Source of the DNA: a virus
Lineage: Duplodnaviria > Heunggongvirae > Uroviricota > Caudoviricetes
IMG/VR virus record: IMGVR_UViG_3300002835_000064
Direction: 5' to 3' (one strand)
DNA length: 64,000 nucleotides
Part shown: piece by piece, positions 28,484 to 35,964 of the stretch
Position numbering within the stretch: position 1 is the stretch's first letter
Layout: each line of letters starts with the position of its first letter
The notes under the pieces: model-generated
Told to the model about the DNA's origin: nothing
Databases searched by the model: none
What the model saw: the letters and a program-made list of their open reading frames with translations, nothing else
Position numbers and translations under genes: made by a program

Positions 28484-30349
28484 ATGTTATTAAGTGAAGT
28501 TGTAACTAAAATGAGTAAGATCGGCGAAACGCCTGAAGGTGATGGTGTTTATAAGCATGAACCGATTATGCATGATATGGAAGATAATGGTAAGTTTGTA
28601 GCTGGTAGTAATTCCGATTTATCAACTATGGGATGTGAAAAACTAGAAGTTAATTATACAAAAGAAGAACGCGATTTCTTTAAGAATTTAGAGGATAATT
28701 TAAGAAAGCAACGTCAATCATTAGAAGCTGATGGTAAATTCGACGAAGCTAAAAAAATTAATTATAAAATGAAATCACCGCAACAAATAATTAAAGTATT
28801 TCATGCTTATCAATTATTTAAAAATCCATTAACTAGAGAAGAAATGTTAAAAACTCACGGGTTTATGTCTGCAGTAAAAGAACGCGATCCGAGACATTTA
28901 ATGGATAAGAAAGATATTCAATCTATCGTTGATCATAGCGTGACTAGATTAATTAATGCTATGAAAGAACCACCAGTTTTAAAAGGATTCGATAGAGCAG
29001 ATTTTAGTAAGGCGTATACCGATTTTATCCAACCATTTATGGAAACGGGCAAACAAGCAGATAAAAAAAGAAATAATATCATTATTGTCCCATTATCATC
29101 TAGTTCTAAATTAGTTAGTTCGTTCGCCCATACGCTTAGTGAAAGGTTAGGTGGAGCTCAAATTGAATCAGGTGCATTATTAAAAAATTCATGGCCCCGA
29201 TTATCCAAATGGACAACAACTATCAAACATGGGGATTTACTTAGATTACCATCTAATTTCCATATTAAAATGGTTGATGAGATGGATAATCATACTTATT
29301 CGCCAAATATTACTAAATTATTGCGTCAAATTAAAGATTTAATGAGAATTTTAGGTGATGCGGCGAGAAATGTTGCGGATGATGGTGAAGAAGTTGTTAA
29401 TGCGGCGACACCAACCGATAAATTAAAAGAATTGTTAATCGCGTTGCGTCATGCAATAACTGATGAATATATTGATTTAAAAGATCAAATTAATGCGAAG
29501 TTAAATGAATTAGCGACTTATAATAGAACTCATAAGTTAGATAGCGATTTAGCTATTAAACAACATAGACATACACCACAATATACAAAGATTATTAAAG
29601 ATATTGACGTTTTACGTAAAAAACGAGATTCACTACCTAAAGCGGATATTGCTATAACTAGACCATCAGGTAAAGAAACTATCCAATATCAAAAACAAGT
29701 TCATATCGTTAATATTCAAAGATTTGCTAAACATTATGATAGTTTACAACAAGCATATGAATATGCATTAATTAATTGGGAAGATGATCCGGATAATGCA
29801 GCTAAATTAAAAGCAGCTGAGGATTTAGAAGCTCAACTTAAATCATTATCGAATGAATATAATAAATCATTGGAAACATTATACGATGCGGTATTATCAA
29901 ACCCATTTAAAATTCATAATGCGTATGCTAGATCTGGTGGGGATCGTGGTAAAGGATATTATAGATTTCAAATATTACATGAAGATTATGCAGATAAATT
30001 AAACGGAAAAAGTATTATATTAGTTGATGATAATGTTGATACTGGTAAATCTATTATTGATGCAGTTAAATCTATGGCAGCGGTTGGAGTTATACCAGAA
30101 CGTATTATAGCAATGACGCCTCATAAATTTAATACTTCAGCTGAAAATACTAAGAAAACTGCGGCTTTACCTGCAGCTAGACGTGAAGAATTAGCTAATA
30201 TACGTAGTCAATTAGCTTCTAATGCGAGACAGTATAAAAACGAGAAATTACAAGCGAAAAAAACAGCACCTGATTATAATGAAAAGAAAGAAACATTCGG
30301 TCAGCATGTGGCAAGAACTGGTAAATTACCAGGACATGGTCTGTATTAA
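28484..30349 (+). CDS. 621-aa protein with type-I phosphoribosyltransferase (PRPP-binding) motif near the C-terminus and a large helical insertion
   Basis: GKSIILVDDNVDTGKSIIDAV fits the PRTase/Prs PRPP motif (h4-DD-x-x-D/T-T-G-x-S/T); an upstream NNIIIVPLSSSSKLVSS segment is a possible PP-loop region; ~300 aa lie between them. Confidence 0.5.
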   Translation: MLLSEVVTKMSKIGETPEGDGVYKHEPIMHDMEDNGKFVAGSNSDLSTMGCEKLEVNYTKEERDFFKNLEDNLRKQRQSLEADGKFDEAKKINYKMKSPQQIIKVFHAYQLFKNPLTREEMLKTHGFMSAVKERDPRHLMDKKDIQSIVDHSVTRLINAMKEPPVLKGFDRADFSKAYTDFIQPFMETGKQADKKRNNIIIVPLSSSSKLVSSFAHTLSERLGGAQIESGALLKNSWPRLSKWTTTIKHGDLLRLPSNFHIKMVDEMDNHTYSPNITKLLRQIKDLMRILGDAARNVADDGEEVVNAATPTDKLKELLIALRHAITDEYIDLKDQINAKLNELATYNRTHKLDSDLAIKQHRHTPQYTKIIKDIDVLRKKRDSLPKADIAITRPSGKETIQYQKQVHIVNIQRFAKHYDSLQQAYEYALINWEDDPDNAAKLKAAEDLEAQLKSLSNEYNKSLETLYDAVLSNPFKIHNAYARSGGDRGKGYYRFQILHEDYADKLNGKSIILVDDNVDTGKSIIDAVKSMAAVGVIPERIIAMTPHKFNTSAENTKKTAALPAARREELANIRSQLASNARQYKNEKLQAKKTAPDYNEKKETFGQHVARTGKLPGHGLY

Positions 30350-30368
30350 TAAAAAATAGTTGATTTTT

Positions 30369-30410
30369 AAGTTAAGAAGTGTTATACTTTAATACTTCTT
30401 AACTTTATTG
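30369..30410 (+). terminator. hairpin terminator after the PRTase-motif gene
   Basis: aagttaagaagt - 13 nt loop - acttcttaactt followed by T-rich sequence. Confidence 0.4.
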
Positions 30411-30421
30411 TTTTATAAATT

Positions 30422-30739
30422 ATGATACTTAACAATTATAAGTATTTTATAGCGCCGATCGAATCAATCGATTTAACATATCCCGAAGCTCTTATGTATT
30501 GCGCCTTTCTTAATATAGATGATTATTTTGATTGGTATATTCCGTCATTAAAAGAATGGCAGTTTATTTTACAAGAAAATAAAAATATATTATCGCAAGA
30601 TAGTTCATATTGGTCCGGATCTAATGCAGTTAGTCAAAAACGAATTTGGACAATATCTGAAAATTCTAAAAATATTAAAGTTAGACATATATTAGATAAA
30701 TGCAAAGTAAGAGCAATTCGGAAAGAATTATTATCTTGA
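30422..30739 (+). CDS. hypothetical protein (105 aa)
   Basis: ORF only. Confidence 0.4.
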   Translation: MILNNYKYFIAPIESIDLTYPEALMYCAFLNIDDYFDWYIPSLKEWQFILQENKNILSQDSSYWSGSNAVSQKRIWTISENSKNIKVRHILDKCKVRAIRKELLS

Positions 30740-30787
30740 TTTTATTATACTAATATAGTATACTATATCTTTTAACGAGAATATATT

Positions 30788-31228
30788 ATGGCAACTGAAC
30801 GATTAGATATATTTGAAGTTCTTCGAAATATTAATAAAAAGAATTATAATTACGTCCAAGATTTGGAAGATGACCAGAGAAAACAATTTTCTCCGTTCGT
30901 CGTAAATCAATGGTTGTGTTGTTCAAATAGCCCATTACAAATAGTATTAATGGACAAGTTAGTAAATCGACGATTCTTTAAATTATCAAGACATCCAAAT
31001 TTAATTTATAAATTATTCTGTATTACGGCAGTTGATAAAAATGCTAGATATAATTGGCTATTTAAAAAAGCCGAGAAAAGTGATGCGATAGATATTATTG
31101 CAAAATATCTAAATTGTTCTAGACGCGACGCTAGTAGATATAAAGATTCTTTTAGTCAGGATGATATAAAAGAAATGATTAAGATATTAGGATATCAACC
31201 ATCTGAAATTAAGAAATTAAAGGTTTAA
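30788..31228 (+). CDS. hypothetical protein (146 aa), possibly DNA-binding
   Basis: ORF only; basic C-terminal half. Confidence 0.4.
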   Translation: MATERLDIFEVLRNINKKNYNYVQDLEDDQRKQFSPFVVNQWLCCSNSPLQIVLMDKLVNRRFFKLSRHPNLIYKLFCITAVDKNARYNWLFKKAEKSDAIDIIAKYLNCSRRDASRYKDSFSQDDIKEMIKILGYQPSEIKKLKV

Positions 31229-31230
31229 AA

Positions 31231-31422
31231 ATGAAAACATATTTTAAAATATTAGGTATTACGTTATTATTTAGTTTGCAGTATATTTTTGTATTGCCGT
31301 ATTATTTTTCATCTGATAATTGGTGGGAATTTTTATTAGGTTGGTTTATTTTATTAGTTATAGACCCAATTATTATTTGGAAATTAACGGAAAATTATCG
31401 GATTAAAAAGGAGGTTGAGTGA
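31231..31422 (+). CDS. small membrane protein (63 aa, two predicted TM helices)
   Basis: Hydrophobic ILGITLLFSLQYIFVLPYYF and LLGWFILLVIDPIIIW segments. Confidence 0.45.
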   Translation: MKTYFKILGITLLFSLQYIFVLPYYFSSDNWWEFLLGWFILLVIDPIIIWKLTENYRIKKEVE

Positions 31423-31562
31423 TTTATGTCGTTAGTTTATTGATTGCATTGGGTATCGCCTCGTTTATTGTTGTAGTTATTGCGGTTAGTATATTAACTT
31501 GTTTTGCATTTATTATATTCATTTGCAAATTGTTTAATATGGTAATTGATTGGGATGAGTAG
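31419..31562 (+). CDS. 47-aa hydrophobic membrane peptide (GTG start, AAGGAGG RBS 4 nt upstream); not in the ORF track
   Basis: Translation MIYVVSLLIALGIASFIVVVIAVSILTCFAFIIFICKLFNMVIDWDE; overlaps the upstream stop (GTGA); immediately precedes the SPFH gene. Confidence 0.3.
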   Translation: MIYVVSLLIALGIASFIVVVIAVSILTCFAFIIFICKLFNMVIDWDE

Positions 31563-31579
31563 TTTTAATTAAAATTATA

Positions 31580-32446
31580 TTGGAAAAATATTTTATGAAA
31601 AAGGTATTATTAGTATCGGCTATTTTATTAGTTTTAACTGGGTGTTCGAATGTTAATGTCGGGGAAGTCGGCATTAAAGTTCATTTATTGGGTGGTGATA
31701 AAGGTGTTGATTCGGAACAATTAGGACCCGGTAGATATTGGATTGGTGTGAATGAACAATTATATACTTTCCCAACCTTTATGCAGAATTATACCTGGAC
31801 TAAATCTAGAAGTGAAGGACGAGATGAAGATGAATCAATTACATTTCAGACAAAAGAAGGTTTATCAGTAAATGCGGATATTGGTATTACTTATACCTTA
31901 CAACCTGATAAAATTCCAGTTCTATTTCAAAAATATCGTAAAGGTATTGATGAAATTACGCATATCTACTTACGTAATTTAGTTCGTGATGCTATTAATA
32001 CGGAATCATCAACTAAACCAATTGAATCAGTTTACGGCGAAGGTAAAGCAGAATTAATTAAAGCTGCCGAAGGTCGTGTTCGAGTTGAGATTGAACCCTA
32101 CGGTATTCATTTAGATCATTTATCTTGGGTTGGTAATATTAGATTGCCAGAAACAGTTACTGATGCAATTGATGCGAAAATTTCAGCATCACAAATTGCA
32201 ATAACAAGACAAAATGAAATCGAAACTGCTAAAGCCGAAGCTCAAAAAGCAATTGCCGTTGCAGAAGGCGAAGCTAATGCTAGATTATTAGTTGCTGAAG
32301 CTGAAGCAAAAGCTATTCGATTAAAAGGTGAAGCGGTTCGTAATAATCCAGGTGTTGCAGAATTAAATGCTATCGAAAAATGGAATGGTGTTTTGCCGGT
32401 AACTATGTTACCAAATTCAACTTTACCATTGATTGGCGTTAAGTAA
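31580..32446 (+). CDS. SPFH/band-7 (HflC/prohibitin-like) lipoprotein
   Basis: Signal peptide plus lipobox LLVLTGCS; SPFH-like core followed by an Ala/Glu-rich coiled-coil (AKAEAQKAIAVAEGEANARLLVAEAEAKAIRLKGEA) as in HflK/C and prohibitins. Confidence 0.7.
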   Translation: MEKYFMKKVLLVSAILLVLTGCSNVNVGEVGIKVHLLGGDKGVDSEQLGPGRYWIGVNEQLYTFPTFMQNYTWTKSRSEGRDEDESITFQTKEGLSVNADIGITYTLQPDKIPVLFQKYRKGIDEITHIYLRNLVRDAINTESSTKPIESVYGEGKAELIKAAEGRVRVEIEPYGIHLDHLSWVGNIRLPETVTDAIDAKISASQIAITRQNEIETAKAEAQKAIAVAEGEANARLLVAEAEAKAIRLKGEAVRNNPGVAELNAIEKWNGVLPVTMLPNSTLPLIGVK

Positions 32447-32458
32447 TATTAAATTAGT

Positions 32459-32508
32459 AGTACCAAAGTATTGATTTTTTGATACTTTGGTACTATAATA
32501 TTATTTTT
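32459..32508 (+). terminator. rho-independent terminator after the SPFH gene
   Basis: agtaccaaagtat - 10 nt loop - atactttggtact, then a T-rich tail. Confidence 0.5.
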
Positions 32509-32518
32509 AGGGGGAATT

Positions 32519-32683
32519 ATGACGTATTATGTTTTAGCTACAATTATTCATGGGTTTTTAACTATATCTGAACCGATGACTTTTAGTGAGTGTATGCATA
32601 AAAAAATGATTTTTTTAGATCAAGAACATTCATTACCGATAAGCGAACAAATGCATAGATCAGTGGAATGCCGTAAACTATGA
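32519..32683 (+). CDS. small protein (54 aa), AGGGGG RBS, translationally coupled (ATGA) to ORF 32680; not in the ORF track
   Basis: Translation MTYYVLATIIHGFLTISEPMTFSECMHKKMIFLDQEHSLPISEQMHRSVECRKL. Confidence 0.35.
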   Translation: MTYYVLATIIHGFLTISEPMTFSECMHKKMIFLDQEHSLPISEQMHRSVECRKL

Positions 32684-33351
32684 TGTTTTTACAATGTCGA
32701 TTTTGTGGAAAAGGATTTAAACGCGAATCTGCTTTCGTTTCTCATTATTGCAATGAACGTAAGAAGCATGAAGATTTATCATCAATTAATGGACAAATTG
32801 CATTTTCATTATATGAAAAATGGGTTCATATAAGACATACACGAAAAGTTGATTTTGAAGATTTTAAAGCATCTAGATTTTTTAATGCGTTTATTAAATT
32901 TGCTAATTATTATAAAAAGATAAAAGGTTTATCTGATGTTGATGAATTTCTTAGAATAATGATTGGTAAAAATATACAACCAAGTAATTGGTTAAATGAA
33001 AAAGTTTTAAGTTTTTATTTAGATTTTATAGATCAAAATCCACCGTATAAAAAAATTCAAGTTACTTGTGATTATATTATTAAAATTTGTGACGGTTATG
33101 ATTGCGAAACATCGGAATTTTTTGATCATTTAGAATTTCATGTTTTAATTGATTTTATTAAATTACATAAATTATCACCTTGGGTTTTATTAAATAGTAA
33201 AAAATTTATTAAATGGGTTCGTCATTTATCGGACGAAGAGCAAGATATTATCGATTTAATTATAGATAGTCCAACTTGGTTAAATACGTTTAATAAAGAT
33301 GCAAAGAATTTAAAATTAGCGAGATTGTGTTGTGGGGAGTTAGGATTATGA
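32680..33351 (+). CDS. hypothetical protein with N-terminal zinc-finger-like CRFCGKGF..HYC motif (223 aa)
   Basis: C-x2-C-x12-H-x2-C arrangement at the N-terminus. Confidence 0.45.
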   Translation: MMFLQCRFCGKGFKRESAFVSHYCNERKKHEDLSSINGQIAFSLYEKWVHIRHTRKVDFEDFKASRFFNAFIKFANYYKKIKGLSDVDEFLRIMIGKNIQPSNWLNEKVLSFYLDFIDQNPPYKKIQVTCDYIIKICDGYDCETSEFFDHLEFHVLIDFIKLHKLSPWVLLNSKKFIKWVRHLSDEEQDIIDLIIDSPTWLNTFNKDAKNLKLARLCCGELGL

Positions 33352-33599
33352 GTTTAGATACCTCAATTATACCAAAAGGAATGTATTGTTATACATCATT
33401 AGGTGATTTTGTTGATGGGAAAATGCCGATTAAACTTTGCCCGTATTGGAGTAGAGATGAAACGAAATCTGAACAAGAAAGCGGGTATTGTGAGTTTTTA
33501 AAAAAAGGTGATTGGATGGAAAATGGAACTTGGTTATTATGGGATCAAGTTAAAGCATGCGATATAAACGCGGAGTGGGAAGATGAATTTGAAATATAG
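33327..33599 (+). CDS. hypothetical Cys-containing small protein (90 aa)
   Basis: ORF only. Confidence 0.35.
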   Translation: MLWGVRIMSLDTSIIPKGMYCYTSLGDFVDGKMPIKLCPYWSRDETKSEQESGYCEFLKKGDWMENGTWLLWDQVKACDINAEWEDEFEI

Positions 33600-33765
33600 A
33601 AATTATGTTGCTCAGAATCCATTACTTAGAAAAAGTCATGTTCATACTGAGAAACAAGAAGATGTTAAACGATGGATTGATGATGAAATTCGAAAATGGG
33701 ATTTTGATACGCCAGAAGGTCGATTGATGTATGTTCAATCGTTTAATAGAGATAATGGGGTTTAA
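33583..33765 (+). CDS. hypothetical small protein (60 aa)
   Basis: ORF only. Confidence 0.3.
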   Translation: MNLKYRNYVAQNPLLRKSHVHTEKQEDVKRWIDDEIRKWDFDTPEGRLMYVQSFNRDNGV

Positions 33766-33832
33766 TTATGAAATTATATCATTTACTTATTATTTTAATA
33801 GGTAAATTATATACTTTTAATGGAGACTTACT

Positions 33833-34498
33833 TTGAAAATTGTTGTTTTAACTGGAGCTGGTATTAGTGCGGAATCTGGAATTTCTACATTTCGTGATTC
33901 GAATGGATTATGGGAAAATCATAATATTGAAGAAATCGCAACTCCTTGGGGTTGGGAAATGAATCCAGATTTAGTCTTAGAGTTTTATAATCAAAGACGA
34001 AGACAATTACATGAAGTAACTCCTAATTTAGCGCATTATGCATTAGCAGAATTAGAAAAACATCATGATGTCGTTGTTATAACTCAGAATGTTGATGATT
34101 TGCATGAACGTGCTGGTTCGACTAATATTATTCATTTGCACGGCGAATTATTAAAAGCTAGAGATGAAGTAACTGATGATGTTTATGATAATCCGGGTGA
34201 TATTAATTTAGGTGATTTTAGTCCGAATGGTCATCAATTAAGACCCCATATCGTTTGGTTTTATGAGCCGGTTCCGTTATTAGATAAAGCAGTTGACGAA
34301 GTTCGTAATGCAGATCATTTAGTTGTTATTGGAACTAGTTTGGTTGTTTACCCGGCGGCGAGTCTTTTATTTTTTACACCTCCCGATTGTAAGATTACTA
34401 TTATTGATAAATCAATACCTGAAACAGCAATTAAAGTTGATTCATTAGAAGGATCGGCTTGCGAAAAAGTACCTCAGTTTGTAAATAGTATTATCTAA
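33833..34498 (+). CDS. Sir2-family (sirtuin) NAD-dependent enzyme without a zinc-ribbon module
   Basis: GAGISAESGISTFRDSNGLW (Rossmann/NAD motif), ITQNVDDLHERAGS, and catalytic IIHLHGEL; no Cys pairs where sirtuins carry C-x2-C...C-x2-C. Confidence 0.8.
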   Translation: MKIVVLTGAGISAESGISTFRDSNGLWENHNIEEIATPWGWEMNPDLVLEFYNQRRRQLHEVTPNLAHYALAELEKHHDVVVITQNVDDLHERAGSTNIIHLHGELLKARDEVTDDVYDNPGDINLGDFSPNGHQLRPHIVWFYEPVPLLDKAVDEVRNADHLVVIGTSLVVYPAASLLFFTPPDCKITIIDKSIPETAIKVDSLEGSACEKVPQFVNSII

Positions 34499-34520
34499 AT
34501 TTAAATCATAATACAACAAA

Positions 34521-34560
34521 AAGGCAAAGATTTTATTAATCTTTGCCTTTTTTCTTTTTT
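34521..34560. terminator. bidirectional terminator between the sirtuin gene and the convergent small ORF
   Basis: aaggcaaagat - 7 nt - atctttgcctt hairpin followed by a T-run. Confidence 0.55.
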
Positions 34561-34730
34561 TTCTTCTTTTGTTTTTTATCTATCTGCTGATAAGCTTGTA
34601 ATTTTTGAGCTAATTCAGCTATCGTCGTCTGCATACAATTAATCGTTTTATTACATCTACTAAGCTCTAATTCATGTTGGGCAATTAACGTCTGCTTCTC
34701 GAAATCATCCTCTAATTTAGTGTTATCCAT
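34536..34730 (-). CDS. small coiled-coil protein (64 aa); the poly-Lys tail is read from the terminator T-run, so the true C-terminus is uncertain
   Basis: ORF only. Confidence 0.3.
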   Translation of the reverse strand: MDNTKLEDDFEKQTLIAQHELELSRCNKTINCMQTTIAELAQKLQAYQQIDKKQKKKKKKKGKD

Positions 34731-34840
34731 AGCTTCTTATCCAAATCCATTACTTTGATAAAAATTTAGGTTTAGATCGGTTTAATTAGTAAAAAACCAT
34801 ATGATTTCCCCCATTTAATACAAATATTTATTTTCCATTA

Positions 34841-34856
34841 GTATAAATATTTAAAT
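34841..34856 (+). promoter_or_regulatory. T4-type late promoter, extended box GTATAAATATTTAAAT, upstream of the head-gene cluster
   Basis: TATAAATA at 34842-34849; identical to the 16-mer at 27774. Confidence 0.45.
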
Positions 34857-34969
34857 TACAATTTTTAAAGACATATTTGTAAACAATTGAAAATTCCTGC
34901 ATCAGGTTATAGCTCATAAATAAACCAAATATGGCAACATCTAAATTATATTCCCGGGAGATTTTTTAT

Positions 34970-35905
34970 ATGAATGAAATTCTTAAAAAATTACTTGCAG
35001 AATCAGGTATCCTGACAGATGAAAGTAAACAAGAATTAGAAGAAGCATTTTCTGCTTCATTAACTGCTGCGGTCGACGCTGCAGTAGCAGAAGCTAAAGC
35101 TGAAACTATTGCTCAAACAAAAATCGAATTGCATGAACAATATACAACTCAACGTGAGATGTTAATTGAAGCAATTGATAGTAAAGTTAATGATTTCTTA
35201 TTGGCGGAAATGAAAGTGTTGCGCAATGACATTAAAGCATTTCGCGATCTAGAAGCAGAAAAAATTGTTGAAATTGCTAAAGAAAAGAAAGCATTAGGCA
35301 AACAATTGAAAGAAGAAATGGTTCAGTTAGTAAAACAGCTTGACATTTTCTTAGAAACTCGTTTACATGAAGAATTTAAATCATTAAAAGCTGATATTCA
35401 TGAAGCGAAAAAATTAGACTTCGGTCGTAAAGTATTTGAAGCTTTTGCTCACGAATACAATAAACATTATGTTAATCCAAGCGAAACTGAAGCTCAATTA
35501 GTTGAAGCTAAAACAAAATTGGATAAATTGTTTAAAAATTATAAAAACGTTAAGAAAGAAAAAGAAGAATTGTATCGTAAAGTTAAATTAGAATCAGTTC
35601 TTGCTCCTCTTTCTGGCTATCAAAAAGATTTGATGGAATCTATTCTTTCTAGTGTAGCCACTGATAAATTAGAAGAAGCATATAAATTATATGTTAAAAA
35701 AGTAATTAAAGAATCCATTGATCAATCGACTGGGTCAAAATCGGCTCAACTTGACGAATCAGCTGCTCCAGTAGATGTAACAACTACTGAAACTATTATT
35801 ATTGATGGTGATACGCAAGGCCAAGAACAACCTGCTGCAACTACTGTTGTAAGCGAAGCCGTCGATATTAAAGCACAAATTCTTAGATTAGCCGGACTCG
35901 GTTGA
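34970..35905 (+). CDS. 22: prohead scaffolding core protein, T4 gp22-like; start moved to the ATG with GGGAGA RBS
   Basis: Acidic, all-helical, coiled-coil 311-aa protein with L-x-E motifs, directly upstream of gene 23 as in T4. Confidence 0.6.
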   Translation: MNEILKKLLAESGILTDESKQELEEAFSASLTAAVDAAVAEAKAETIAQTKIELHEQYTTQREMLIEAIDSKVNDFLLAEMKVLRNDIKAFRDLEAEKIVEIAKEKKALGKQLKEEMVQLVKQLDIFLETRLHEEFKSLKADIHEAKKLDFGRKVFEAFAHEYNKHYVNPSETEAQLVEAKTKLDKLFKNYKNVKKEKEELYRKVKLESVLAPLSGYQKDLMESILSSVATDKLEEAYKLYVKKVIKESIDQSTGSKSAQLDESAAPVDVTTTETIIIDGDTQGQEQPAATTVVSEAVDIKAQILRLAGLG

Positions 35906-35964
35906 TTTTAGTACGATTCAATAAATATATTTAATTTTTTAAAGAAACTAGGAGTATTTACACA

